DNA of 64,000 bases from Aulosira sp. ZfuVER01 (GCA_034530615.2 JAVRCV020000041.1:128001-192000), one strand, 5' to 3'. Positions 42,492 to 52,808 are shown, counted from the stretch's first letter. The notes: generated from the sequence alone by a model not told the origin. Made by a program: numbers and translations.

Positions 42492-43709
42492 CTATGCCCC
42501 ATGCCCCATACCATTCAAACGCTTTTCATATTGAGAGACTAATTCCGCGGCTTTATCTAAAGCAGTAGGGCGTGTATATAAAAGTTGCTTTGCTTGTTCG
42601 GCTAAATTGGAAAGTTTGGTATCTTCAATCAATCCTTTAGCTAATGCTTTGGCTTTGAGAGCATCCAAGCGTCCCCTTAACTCCCGACGACTCTCTAAAA
42701 GAGCGCTATTAGCAGTATATGCTCGTTGTTCTGATGCCATGTACTCTTTAGCTTTGTTTGTCCAATTGTCTAAACCGATTGTGACTGGATTGACTAAACC
42801 CTCCGCTAGCTTAGTTTCTAACCTTGTTAACCATTGACTGAGCGCATCTAATTCCACATCAGTCAATGGAGTCTGCTGTATTAAATAATCCACAATTTTT
42901 TCTTTGCTTTCCGCAAATGCAGCCAGAGAACTTGAGTGAAGTGTAGTTAATTGTTGTAACAAATCGTGAGCGATCGCAAATTTCTCTCGGATTTGGCGTT
43001 GCTGTTTCAGTGCTTGTTCGAGAACCAATTTCAGTTTTGCCAACATTGGCTGAATCTGTTGTTCAACCTCTGCACTCACCCCCAGAGGATCTTGTTCTAT
43101 CTGTTCGTGCAAAGATGAGATCGCCGCCTGACTTTGTACCAGTTCGCTTAGAGAATTCGGATCTAGGGATTCCGCTAAGTTTTGCAGTGAGTAGATTTGA
43201 GATTCTACATCCGCCAGTATGCGATCTAGATTAGCCCAAGCGACATCCACAGCTAAAACTGCATCTCTAGCCACAGAAAAAGCATGATTCATTACTTGCA
43301 ATAACTGTGCAGGTGCGATCGCATTTGCTATGTGAGTAGCAGTCAGTAGTTCTCTTTGTGCAAGCGGCGTTTGTACAGATGGTAGCTCAATTGAGGCTCC
43401 TGTTAGCAGTTGTTTTATCTCATCAATCTTTTGTTCGCTCACCAAAAAGCGTGGTAATTGCTGGCGCAACTTACTCGCCTTCTCCACTACCTCCACTAAT
43501 AAGTCGAAGTATTGAAACAAATCATTCATCGCCTCCAATGCAGGAGTTACTCGTGTCGCAGTAATTCCTTTCAAATCAACTTTAGGAAAGCCAGGGCTAC
43601 CACAAAGGCATTGATATGTTTGTAACTCTTGTAATTCCAAGAGATTTTGGCTGACAACTTTGATTTTATGTTTCCAGTCAGCTAAAAGTCGATCGATTTC
43701 ATCTGTCAC
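42492..43709 (-). CDS. All-helical coiled-coil protein, first gene of the kinase operon
   Basis: 405-aa ORF with GTG start and AGGAG upstream; RRELRGRLDALKAKA and C-terminal PTALDKAAELVSQYE. Confidence 0.8.
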   Translation of the reverse strand: MTDEIDRLLADWKHKIKVVSQNLLELQELQTYQCLCGSPGFPKVDLKGITATRVTPALEAMNDLFQYFDLLVEVVEKASKLRQQLPRFLVSEQKIDEIKQLLTGASIELPSVQTPLAQRELLTATHIANAIAPAQLLQVMNHAFSVARDAVLAVDVAWANLDRILADVESQIYSLQNLAESLDPNSLSELVQSQAAISSLHEQIEQDPLGVSAEVEQQIQPMLAKLKLVLEQALKQQRQIREKFAIAHDLLQQLTTLHSSSLAAFAESKEKIVDYLIQQTPLTDVELDALSQWLTRLETKLAEGLVNPVTIGLDNWTNKAKEYMASEQRAYTANSALLESRRELRGRLDALKAKALAKGLIEDTKLSNLAEQAKQLLYTRPTALDKAAELVSQYEKRLNGMGHGA

Positions 43710-43827
43710 AGCGCTGACTCCTGTATCAAAAAGGTGGTTGCGATAATGAGCGATCGCTCTCTACTAACCCAGCTATTATATGTATCTTTTTTTATAACAA
43801 CTCATACTTAATTAATCTTGAAGATTA

Positions 43828-43941
43828 CAACCAACAGCCACAGGTTATCAGCATATTCAAAAGTTCACTAGCGGTCAAACCTTATCAATTCAAGCCTTAC
43901 CCGACGTAACCATTAGCGTTACCGAAATCTTTGGTAGATAA
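43828..43941 (+). pseudogene. 3' remnant of a Uma2/DUF820 endonuclease-family gene
   Basis: Translates to QPTATGYQHIQKFTSGQTLSIQALPDVTISVTEIFGR*; in-frame TGA at 43819-43821 and no start codon. Confidence 0.6.
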
Positions 43942-44282
43942 ACCGAAACATTAGGCGATCGCTCCCTTTTATCTCTTAGTTGGTTTTCTCTGCATCCTTG
44001 GCGGTTAGATTCTTATCCCAACTTATTAAATACGTAGACATCACCTAGATATTTTGACTGATGAAAAGGCGCGACATTTTTCATCACAAGTCACTATAAA
44101 AGAATCAAAATGTTAAATTCAATACTGAAATTTTTTAAATAAATACATTATGGAGCGTGCAACTTATCTCAACAGCCTTAGTAGAATAAACCATTCACTT
44201 AAGGTTCGGGTTTGCTGACTTTGCTGCCATCAATAACTCGATAAATTGATTAATAAGTAAAGCGCGAGTTGAGATAAAAACT

Positions 44283-44633
44283 ATGAGTAACCTTTCTCAT
44301 TACAATCCAGATAACTTTGAATTTGAATTAACTAACCACAATAATTTGTGGGAATACGTACAGTCTCTCAATCCCGAAACTGTTACCCAACTTTCCAAAC
44401 CATCTTCACCTGAAGTATTGCACTTAATTCAACGCGCTATTGTGGAGATATTAGGTAACTTACACAATGACAGATATCAGTCCGTCATCACCACTAGCCG
44501 CGACGAACTAGGCAGACTTCTAGGTTCTGCAATGGTAGACGGCTATTTCCTACGCAATATCGAACAGCGATTAGAAATGGAAAAATCATTACAACTTATA
44601 GGTGTTAAATCCCAAGACACCGAACAGTCATAA
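44283..44633 (+). CDS. DUF760-family protein
   Basis: NNLWEYVQSL.PE, LSKPSSPEV, ITTSRDELGRLLGSAM..GYFLR..EQR. Confidence 0.85.
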   Translation: MSNLSHYNPDNFEFELTNHNNLWEYVQSLNPETVTQLSKPSSPEVLHLIQRAIVEILGNLHNDRYQSVITTSRDELGRLLGSAMVDGYFLRNIEQRLEMEKSLQLIGVKSQDTEQS

Positions 44634-44784
44634 TGCTGCAACTAGTATTGGTTTACAGAAATCAAATATTTCAGGGAGATGAGAGCTAATAAGTCCCCCA
44701 TCTCCCCGATTCTCTTATGCCAATTCTCTAAAATTCGGCAACAGATTATTTCCGATTTTCGTAATTACGAATTACGAATTTGTA

Positions 44785-47178
44785 TTATCGCTTGTTGGAA
44801 GGCTGCCAACCGCGACGCTCAAGCATTTGCCGCACCTCTGGGCTGGGATTATAGTTATAGCCATAGGAAGAACGCTCTGAGTCATCCATAATTTGAGGTG
44901 TGAGCATTACAATTACCTCTCTGCGTTCATTGCTTCTGTTGGTTTTTCTAAACAGCGAACCAATTAAAGGAATATCGCCTAAGATGGGAATTTTTGAAAC
45001 AGTTGTCCGGTCTTGGTCTTGAATAATACCTGAGAGAATTAGTGTCTGACCATCTCGCAAACGAATCATCCCCGAAGTCAGAGAGCGTTCAGACACTAAA
45101 ATGATTTGTCCATTTCCTGTATTTTCCGCGGCTGTAGGTGCGCTGACAGTCGGAGCAACCGATAGAGAAACAAAACCATTATCATCAATCCGGTCAATTT
45201 TCACATTCAGGGTTAAGCCAACTTTTTGCTTTTCTATTTGCCTCTCAGTTCTAGAGCCACCAGAAGTATCCGTTGTTTGAATAGTTATGTTTCCTACTAC
45301 TTCCTGAGTCAAGTTAACAAGAGCTTGCTGCCCTTCTTGCACAATTAAAGTTGGGTCAGTCAAAATCTTGGCGTTGCCATTTGTTACCTGAGCCTGCAAA
45401 CTTGCAAGTAACCGTTTGGGGAATTGGTATAGAGATGGCAAGCTGTATGTGTATTTAGCAGGAGTCTGACCAGTTATCTGATTACTATATGCTGTTGGTT
45501 GACCAGTAACAGGATCAAACTGAGTTGGTACAGATGTAACTGTTCCTGGAGTTCCTTCTGTATATGCTGTCAGGCCTGGTTGTAGTGGATTAGAAGTTGC
45601 GCCAGCACTAGGTACTCCTAAATTTGGATTTTGTGGATTGAGAAAAATATTTGAGCTTTGAAGCGGATTCTGAGTAGTAGGTGTCTGAGTTACACTACTT
45701 GCCACTTCAGAAGCAGTAGCTGGTCTAGAACCACCAAAATTCAGAGATGCTGCACCACCATCATTGGAAAAGAAGTTGTTCCCCACTCCAAAAGAAAAAC
45801 TGGTGTTGTAATCGTGGGTTCCTGTAAGATTCACATCAACAATTTTGACGTTAACTACCACTTGACGACGGCGGATATCAAGCTGAGTCAGTTGAGCCAT
45901 CGCAATATCAATTAGCCTAGGAGAACCAATCAAGGTAACGGAATTAGTGCGCTCATCGCCTAATGCCTGTAAACCTCTCAGTAATGGATTAGAGTCTTTA
46001 AAATCAACCCGTTGAGTTTCTAATTTAGTTTCTGTGGTGGTTTGAGTTTGGGTAACTGCGGCGGCTGAATTACCCACAGGTACAGCACTAACACTAGTAA
46101 CCAGCCGTTCACGGCTAATGGCACTTTCTGCTCCCAAACCTACTAAAAAGTTAAGGGCGACTCCCACTGTTACTTGATTCAGCCGTAGGCTACGCATTAC
46201 CGTGTCACGGGTGGAAGTAGGTAGTTTCGATCCCACAAAAACGGTGCGACCGCTACGATTCGCTTCTAAACCGCTCAAGCGCAAGACGTAATTAAACACA
46301 TCTTGTACTGGTTCGTTTTCTATATCTAGGGAGATTGTTTGAGAGATTGCTTGTCCATTAGCAGCAGTACCACCTCCTGCGCCCTCTCCTCCCACATAAG
46401 CCAAGTTAAGACCAGCCGCACGAGCTAGTAGTGACAAAACCTCGCGCACTGGCGCATCTCGCAGCACTAACCGAGGAACACGTTCCTGAGTTGCTAGATC
46501 AATGGTGCTAGGAGACGCATCAGTATTAGAGATAGCAATATCCCCTACTGGTGGGGCGACAGCTCTAGGTAAGAAAGGTGGTCCCTGATTTGGCGGTTGA
46601 CCTGGGCCAGCTGGTAGTGCAGGCTTCCCGTCAATCGTGACTTCTGGGTTGGGGACGAGAACATCTGGTTTTGTACCAGGTTGCGATGGGGTCGGAGTAG
46701 ATGGGGTTGTTGCTATGGGTGTTGTTGGTATGGGTGTGGGTGCTGTCGGTGTTGGTGTTGATGCTGTACTACCTGTGGATGGGCTAAAGCCGAGAGTAAT
46801 GCCATTTTGCTGACGCATCACAGGTTGATTGCTAGGGGCATTATTGCTTCCAGTTACCACCACCCGGATGCTATTGGCATCAAGCTGAAGAATTTCAACT
46901 GAGGCAATTCCTGAAGTGGGGTTGTCTTTGCGGAAATTATTGCCTTGTGGTAAACGTAGTTGAGTATTAATAATATCTGTAACTAAAGTGTTGCCCCTTT
47001 TGGTCGTGAAAACTTGGGGGCGCGAACCTGAAGACGTTTTCAAAACAACATTAATTCCACCATTAACCGTATTTAGCTGTACGTCAGTAATTTGGGTAGT
47101 GTTTGCCCAAACTGGTTGAGCTGCCAAAAAGACGAAAGCGGCGGTACCTAATAATAAATTACCGTGAAGCTGTTTCAC
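44785..47178 (-). CDS. pilQ: Type IV pilus secretin with N-terminal AMIN domain
   Basis: Signal peptide; secretin motifs LRDGQTLILSGII, KIPILGDIPLIGSLFR; downstream of pilMNO. Confidence 0.92.
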   Translation of the reverse strand: MKQLHGNLLLGTAAFVFLAAQPVWANTTQITDVQLNTVNGGINVVLKTSSGSRPQVFTTKRGNTLVTDIINTQLRLPQGNNFRKDNPTSGIASVEILQLDANSIRVVVTGSNNAPSNQPVMRQQNGITLGFSPSTGSTASTPTPTAPTPIPTTPIATTPSTPTPSQPGTKPDVLVPNPEVTIDGKPALPAGPGQPPNQGPPFLPRAVAPPVGDIAISNTDASPSTIDLATQERVPRLVLRDAPVREVLSLLARAAGLNLAYVGGEGAGGGTAANGQAISQTISLDIENEPVQDVFNYVLRLSGLEANRSGRTVFVGSKLPTSTRDTVMRSLRLNQVTVGVALNFLVGLGAESAISRERLVTSVSAVPVGNSAAAVTQTQTTTETKLETQRVDFKDSNPLLRGLQALGDERTNSVTLIGSPRLIDIAMAQLTQLDIRRRQVVVNVKIVDVNLTGTHDYNTSFSFGVGNNFFSNDGGAASLNFGGSRPATASEVASSVTQTPTTQNPLQSSNIFLNPQNPNLGVPSAGATSNPLQPGLTAYTEGTPGTVTSVPTQFDPVTGQPTAYSNQITGQTPAKYTYSLPSLYQFPKRLLASLQAQVTNGNAKILTDPTLIVQEGQQALVNLTQEVVGNITIQTTDTSGGSRTERQIEKQKVGLTLNVKIDRIDDNGFVSLSVAPTVSAPTAAENTGNGQIILVSERSLTSGMIRLRDGQTLILSGIIQDQDRTTVSKIPILGDIPLIGSLFRKTNRSNERREVIVMLTPQIMDDSERSSYGYNYNPSPEVRQMLERRGWQPSNKR

Positions 47179-47417
47179 AGTTCATTCCTCACCTGATAAA
47201 ATCTTGTTGACAAATAATTTTTGAGTAGATATGTTGCCACATACTAGATGAGCAACTTTGTATGCCTAGAACTCAATTGCTAGGGCTAGTAACTGAAGTC
47301 TACTCAGGTAGACTCTGAAGAGAACTTTCGCTATGCAGCCCTGTATTGGCAACCGCTGATGGTTGTTATAACTGGTGCAAGATGTATTGATAATTGTTCT
47401 TCTGTTACTACTCAGAA

Positions 47418-47589
47418 ACGCCACTTGCTACCCTGCGGGAAGGTGCTACTCTACCCTACTCTTCGAGAACGCCTGACGGCGAACGAGAACGACTTCGTCG
47501 AACGCTTCTACAACAGGGACAACCCCAAAGAACAGTTTGCTCAAGTCAGCGGAGCCGCCCACGAAACTGTCCTCCACAATGCAGTGGCT
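47418..47589 (+). repeat. Nested cluster of small dispersed repeats
   Basis: Outer ends ACGCCACTTGC...GCAGTGGCT enclose GAGAACGCCTGACGGCGAAC, GAGAACGACTTCGTCGAAC and CAGTTTGCTCAAGTC..CCGCCCACGAAACTG. Confidence 0.7.
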
Positions 47590-47607
47590 TCTCAGCAATA
47601 TTTGCTG

Positions 47608-48366
47608 TTATTTCTTAGGAGCAGGGTTAGCAGCAGCTATTTCTTCTGGACTAAGTGGCATTAATGCCTGTATTTGGAAAATTGTATTAATTGATGCAGG
47701 CCCAATCTTCCGGACTTTTTTGTCTGATGATGGGTCAACCGGTACTCTAGCTAATGTCGATTGATAATCTTTAACTATCAACAAAGGCTGTAAACGCTCA
47801 ATGTTACGAAGAATTGATTGCGTTTGTTCATAAGTACCCACAATTTCAATATTGATACTGCTGCGTTTTAGCTTGCCATCGACCAGTTTTCCCAGACTGC
47901 CATCATTAATCGCTTCTGATTTACTTGAAGCTGGCACAAACTTTTTCAGTGCTCCTCTCACTAAATTGGCAGGAATTTGAGCATTACTAGTTTCAATCAA
48001 GCGATTCAGATCCAGTAGCAAGGTATCCAAGGTTTTTTCATTAGAAAATAAACTTAAAACCTGTACTTGTTGAACTTTTGCCTGTTCTAGCTCGGCTTTG
48101 ACCTGATCGATCTTTTTGATGCTAGCTTTCTTTTGATCGACTTGTCCTTGCAGTTCGCTAATTTTTGCTTGCTTTTGTTGATAGGTATCCCAAGCTGGCA
48201 TTAACAGATTTAGAACTATATAAACGCCTCCAGCCAGACCTATGACCCCTACCAAAATCCCAATGATTTTGGGTGTAAAGCTAATCCCAAACACTACAGG
48301 GTAGGCAGGAGATTCGCCAAATTCCCCACTGTGTTCTGAAAAGTTTAAATCATCACTCAGCGTCAT
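47608..48366 (-). CDS. pilO: Type IV pilus assembly protein PilO
   Basis: Single TM + coiled coil, TLLLDLNR, NIERLQPLL; position in the pilMNOQ operon. Confidence 0.85.
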   Translation of the reverse strand: MTLSDDLNFSEHSGEFGESPAYPVVFGISFTPKIIGILVGVIGLAGGVYIVLNLLMPAWDTYQQKQAKISELQGQVDQKKASIKKIDQVKAELEQAKVQQVQVLSLFSNEKTLDTLLLDLNRLIETSNAQIPANLVRGALKKFVPASSKSEAINDGSLGKLVDGKLKRSSINIEIVGTYEQTQSILRNIERLQPLLIVKDYQSTLARVPVDPSSDKKVRKIGPASINTIFQIQALMPLSPEEIAAANPAPKK

Positions 48367-49127
48367 TTTGAAATGACTCCTGTTTGTTGCAAACTACGAA
48401 TTCGAGTCACTAGTCCCACAGTACCTTTTTGCTCTAGCTCCCGGATTAATTCAGAAGCTGGAACATCACTTAAACTTGATTGAATAGTGTATTTGACTAT
48501 TTGAATTGGCGGAGTTTTGTCATCATTTTTCGCAGCACCTTCTGGTAATGGTGCATTAACCAACTCTGCTGTAATAATTTTGCTTTCTGACGACTTTAAA
48601 AATCGAGACTGTTGCAGAGTGAGCAAAAAATCATTGACATCGTTAAAAGAGCGAGCCAATCCAGTAATTTCTATTCCGCCAGCTGGATTTCCTGGTGGTT
48701 GCCCTGGGGCAGGAGCAACAGGTGGGATTTGCTTGACAGTTTCAATTTGCACTTTGGCAGGTATGCGATCGCGCAAATCTTGCAACATCGCTGACCACGG
48801 ACGAATCTGGTCAAACACTGTAACTAAAGCTTGTGTTTCCCCTTTGATTTTGTTGGTCTGTTCTTTAATTTTGTTAATATTTCCGATTTCTGTGTCTAAC
48901 CTCTTGTTTTCCTGATCTAGTTGTGCTACTTTTTGCTCTAATTCAACATTTTTGGCTTCCAACAACCACCAAGCGCCGCCCGCGACTGCCGGGAAGCATA
49001 TACCAATGGCTACTCCCAAGTACATTGGTGTTAAGTTCCCAACAGGAAGTTTGATGCCTCCTTGTTTGCTAGACTTTTTCTGAAAACTTGGACGGTCCTT
49101 AAGAAAGTTAATATCCAGACTGTACAT
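48363..49127 (-). CDS. pilN: Type IV pilus assembly protein PilN
   Basis: N-terminal INFL motif, TM, coiled coil, PWSAMLQDL. Confidence 0.9.
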   Translation of the reverse strand: MYSLDINFLKDRPSFQKKSSKQGGIKLPVGNLTPMYLGVAIGICFPAVAGGAWWLLEAKNVELEQKVAQLDQENKRLDTEIGNINKIKEQTNKIKGETQALVTVFDQIRPWSAMLQDLRDRIPAKVQIETVKQIPPVAPAPGQPPGNPAGGIEITGLARSFNDVNDFLLTLQQSRFLKSSESKIITAELVNAPLPEGAAKNDDKTPPIQIVKYTIQSSLSDVPASELIRELEQKGTVGLVTRIRSLQQTGVISK

Positions 49128-49131
49128 TCTG

Positions 49132-50238
49132 TTACACCTCCCTCATTCCTAAACCCAGTACTGTCGCTAAACCAGAGCGTTGTACTACAGGGTATTTATC
49201 TTCGCTAACTTCTAAGGACAAAGATGCTATGGGATCAATTTGGGCAGTGGGCAAGCTCAATCGTTGCGTGAAGAACTCATCTAGCTGTTGCAGTCCACCT
49301 CCTGGACCAGCTAGGAAAATTTGCGCTACCTCCAAGTTTTCACTCTGATTGAGATAAAAATCGATGGAACGACGCAGTTCATCAGTGAGTTCTCCCAATA
49401 CCCTTAATAGGGCTGCCATACCCGGATTAATTTCGGTAATCCCAGTTTTCCCCCCGTCTACAGGAGTGGTCATAATCGTCATTCCCTGCAACAATTCCAT
49501 ATCCCGTGATGCCGGTAAACTCATGGCTTTCGACAGGGCTTGTTGCATTTGATAAGTGCCTATTGGCACGGTGCGCGAAAATTGTGGTATTCCGTTAACA
49601 ATGATGGCAATTTCTGAACTGTCAAACTCTATATCCACAAGTACTGCTGCTTCTTGTGGCCCGAATTGTCGCAGTTGATCGCGAATTGTCCGAATCAGCG
49701 CAAAACTGTTAATCTCTAAAACATCGATTTGCAATCCTGCTTGCTCAAATGTACTGATATATGCGTCTGTCACCTCCTTACGTGTAGCCACTAAGAGTAC
49801 TTGTACTTTTTCAATGCCATCCTCATCTACAAAGTACCCAAGTTTTTGATAATCTACATCAGCTTCTTCACGAGGATAGGGTAAATACAAAGCTGCTTCA
49901 TGGTTTAGTACCATCTCCCGCAGTTCTTTATCATCTAACTCTGCTGGTACAGGTATTAAACGTACAATTGAATCTCGTCCTGGTACAGCAGTAGCAACCC
50001 GAGAAGCTTTAATTTTACTCTCAGCTAGCGCCTGCTGAATTAATTGCGCCATTGCTGGAGGGTCGGTGATTTGACCATCGGTAACTAGTCCTTCGGGAAC
50101 TGCTACTGATGTTAAGGCTTCTATTTTAAAGCCTTGACGCTGTTTGCGTAGTTGAACTATACTCACCCGTTCTGGCGCTAGTTCAATACCGACTCCTTTA
50201 TTAGATTTGCCAAACAGACTATTGAAGCTTTTCACCAC
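49132..50238 (-). CDS. pilM: Type IV pilus assembly protein PilM
   Basis: Actin-like: VGIEL, ELRRSIDFY, FLAGPGG, LGLGMREV. Confidence 0.93.
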   Translation of the reverse strand: MVKSFNSLFGKSNKGVGIELAPERVSIVQLRKQRQGFKIEALTSVAVPEGLVTDGQITDPPAMAQLIQQALAESKIKASRVATAVPGRDSIVRLIPVPAELDDKELREMVLNHEAALYLPYPREEADVDYQKLGYFVDEDGIEKVQVLLVATRKEVTDAYISTFEQAGLQIDVLEINSFALIRTIRDQLRQFGPQEAAVLVDIEFDSSEIAIIVNGIPQFSRTVPIGTYQMQQALSKAMSLPASRDMELLQGMTIMTTPVDGGKTGITEINPGMAALLRVLGELTDELRRSIDFYLNQSENLEVAQIFLAGPGGGLQQLDEFFTQRLSLPTAQIDPIASLSLEVSEDKYPVVQRSGLATVLGLGMREV

Positions 50239-50379
50239 TTTTTTGCCCGTCGCACTGCTAAATTGAAAAGTTAAATGATACTAAAAAACGATCTTGGTAC
50301 TAGGTAATGGATTTAGCCTATAATCTCGACAATTCTGCATAAGCTTTTGAATGTAAGCAAGCGTAAATATACTAGTAAA

Positions 50380-51681
50380 ATGTTTAAAATTCACAAATTC
50401 AAACGATTGTCTGTATTTGTACTGCTCGGCTTATTAACCAGCTGGATTGTGAGTTGCAGCACAAGTAATGTTGGCACAGTCACAAAACAGAATCCTTCAG
50501 AAACAGCAAAGATTGAGTTTTGGACTATGCAACTCCAACCTCAATTTACTGGCTACTTCCAAAACCTAATTGCAACTTTTGAGTCGCAAAACAAAGGTAT
50601 AAAGATTAACTGGGTTGATATACCTTGGGCTGCGATGGAGAACAAAATCTTAACAGCTGTCTCAGCAAAAACGCCACCTGATGTTGTAAACCTCAATCCG
50701 GATTTCGCTTCTCAACTTGCAGGACGAAATGCCTGGCTAGATTTAGATACGAAAGTTCCTAATGAAGTACGTTCCTCCTATCTGCCCAATATTTGGAAAG
50801 CTAGCACACTCAATGGCAAGAGTTTTGGCATTCCCTGGTACCTGACCACACGGCTAACCATTTATAACACTGATTTATTAAAACAGGCAGGTATCAACAA
50901 ATCACCGAGTACCTACGTAGAATTAGCACAAGCGGCACAACAAATTAAAGATAAAACTGGTAAATACGCCTTTTTTGTAACTTTTGTACCGCAAGATTCC
51001 GGTGAGGTTTTGGAATCTTTTGTGCAAATGGGAGTCACCTTAGTAGATACCGAGGGGAAAGCGGCTTTTAACTCCCCACAAGGCAAAGCAGCTTTTCAGT
51101 ATTGGGTAGATTTGTACAAAAAAGGATTGCTACCTAAAGAAGTATTAACCCAAGGTCATCGTCATGCTATCGATTTGTACCAAGCCGGAGAAACAGCATT
51201 TCTCGCTTCTGGCCCGGAATTCCTGAAAACGATCGCCAATAATGCTCCGAAAATTGCTCAAGCGTCTGCGATCGCACCGCAAATTACAGGTGAAACAGGC
51301 AAGAAAAACGTTGCTGTCATGAACGTAGTTATCCCCAAAGATAGCAAAAATCCAGATGCGGCGGTTAAATTTGCTTTATTTCTCACTAATGATGAAAATC
51401 AATTAGCTTTTGCCAAAGCTGCTAATGTTTTGCCCTCTACAGTAAAAGCATTATCTGATAGCTACTTTAAAGATGTTCCTGCTACTGCTACCACAGTGGA
51501 AAAAGCGCGAGTTATTAGTGCCCAACAACTACAACAAGCAGAAGTATTAACACCCACTTTGAAAGATTTCAACAAATTGCAAAAGGCAGTTTATGAGAAC
51601 TTGCAAGCGGCAATGTTAGGGCAAAAGACGGTAGATAAAGCCGTAGAAGATGCAGCGCAACAGTGGAATAATCGTACATAG
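50380..51681 (+). CDS. Carbohydrate ABC transporter substrate-binding lipoprotein
   Basis: Lipobox IVSC; IEFWTMQL, PPDVV, GIPWY, YNTDLL. Confidence 0.88.
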   Translation: MFKIHKFKRLSVFVLLGLLTSWIVSCSTSNVGTVTKQNPSETAKIEFWTMQLQPQFTGYFQNLIATFESQNKGIKINWVDIPWAAMENKILTAVSAKTPPDVVNLNPDFASQLAGRNAWLDLDTKVPNEVRSSYLPNIWKASTLNGKSFGIPWYLTTRLTIYNTDLLKQAGINKSPSTYVELAQAAQQIKDKTGKYAFFVTFVPQDSGEVLESFVQMGVTLVDTEGKAAFNSPQGKAAFQYWVDLYKKGLLPKEVLTQGHRHAIDLYQAGETAFLASGPEFLKTIANNAPKIAQASAIAPQITGETGKKNVAVMNVVIPKDSKNPDAAVKFALFLTNDENQLAFAKAANVLPSTVKALSDSYFKDVPATATTVEKARVISAQQLQQAEVLTPTLKDFNKLQKAVYENLQAAMLGQKTVDKAVEDAAQQWNNRT

Positions 51682-51695
51682 TAGAAATTTTAGTT

Positions 51696-51725
51696 TAGGG
51701 TGCGATCGCAAAGTAACGCACCCTA
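51696..51725. terminator. Hairpin between convergent genes (REP-like or bidirectional terminator)
   Basis: TAGGGTGCG-N12-CGCACCCTA, containing a HIP1 site. Confidence 0.55.
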
Positions 51726-51737
51726 CAAGAATTTAGA

Positions 51738-52808
51738 CTATCCTATTGGGATTTGAATGACAAATTCTGCTCCCGCTCCTGGTTCTGAATAGCAATCCAA
51801 TTTACCACCATGTAGTTCATTAATAATTTGATAACTGATTGATAAACCTAACCCTGTACCTTTACCAACTGTTTTGGTTGTAAAGAAAGGATCGAATAGT
51901 TTCGTTCGCACTTGCTCATTCATTCCCAAACCATTATCAGCAATCCGAATTTCTATCCAATTATTATTAATAATGCTAGTGTTAATTTGAATTTGCGGTT
52001 GCTTAGTTATTGGTTGTTCTGTATCAGTTTTTATTTCACTCAAGAATAAATCTGCTAAAGCATCAATTGCATTATCAATAATATTCATAAAAACCTGATT
52101 GATGTGCCCAGCGTAACACTTGATTAATGGTAATTTGCCATAATTTTTAATAACTCTAATTTCCTGAAAATTCTTTGCTGCTAGTTTAAAACGATTGTTT
52201 AAAATTACTAAGGTACTGTCGATGCCTTCATGAATATCAACTGCTTTAAATTCTGCTTCATCTAAACGAGAAAAAGTACGGAGTGACTTGACAATTTCAC
52301 TAATTCTCTCTGCACCTACAGTCATAGAACGGAATACTTTTTCTGAGTCTTGTTTGAGAAAATTTAGTTCAATTGCTTCTATTTCTTGTTTAATTGCTAA
52401 TGCTGGTTCAGGGTAATACTCTTGATATAGCTCAATTAGTCTCAATAAATCTTGAAAATATGTTTGGGCATAATTTAAATTACCGTAGATAAAGTTGACT
52501 GGGTTGTTAATTTCGTGAGCAATTCCTGCTACCATAACGCCAAGAGCAGACATCTTCTCAGATTCCACAAGTTTCATTTGTAAAGTTTTGAGATTTTTGA
52601 GTGCTTTTTCTAGCTCATCACCTCGATTTCTTAAAGCTATTTGCGACTCTTCTAACTCGCAAATTACATTTTTTAAGACTATTTCTCTACGTTCGCTGAC
52701 TTGCTCAAGTTGTTGTCGATCGGCTTCTGAACGCTCTAGTTTCTTTGTCAGAATCCGAACTGTCTTTTCTAACTGTTTGAGTCTGCTGTCATTATCTGTT
52801 GGTTCCAT
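51738..52808 (-). CDS. Soluble histidine kinase with a coiled-coil N-terminus and no sensor domain
   Basis: AHEINNP, NAIDA, DNGLG, DPFFTTK, GTGLGL. Confidence 0.92.
   Translation of the reverse strand: MEPTDNDSRLKQLEKTVRILTKKLERSEADRQQLEQVSERREIVLKNVICELEESQIALRNRGDELEKALKNLKTLQMKLVESEKMSALGVMVAGIAHEINNPVNFIYGNLNYAQTYFQDLLRLIELYQEYYPEPALAIKQEIEAIELNFLKQDSEKVFRSMTVGAERISEIVKSLRTFSRLDEAEFKAVDIHEGIDSTLVILNNRFKLAAKNFQEIRVIKNYGKLPLIKCYAGHINQVFMNIIDNAIDALADLFLSEIKTDTEQPITKQPQIQINTSIINNNWIEIRIADNGLGMNEQVRTKLFDPFFTTKTVGKGTGLGLSISYQIINELHGGKLDCYSEPGAGAEFVIQIPIG

Noticed and set aside
41951..42568. Plus-strand ORFs of 205 aa and 125 aa across the array
   Set aside because: Open only because the 21-mer lacks stops; antisense to the operon, and the longer one overlaps two real genes.
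47179..47607. Missing pilP in the pilMNOQ operon
   Set aside because: Absence of a recognisable pilP at this position is usual in cyanobacteria.
47359..47764. Plus-strand ORFs between pilQ and pilO
   Set aside because: They span the nested repeat cluster and run antisense to the pil operon.
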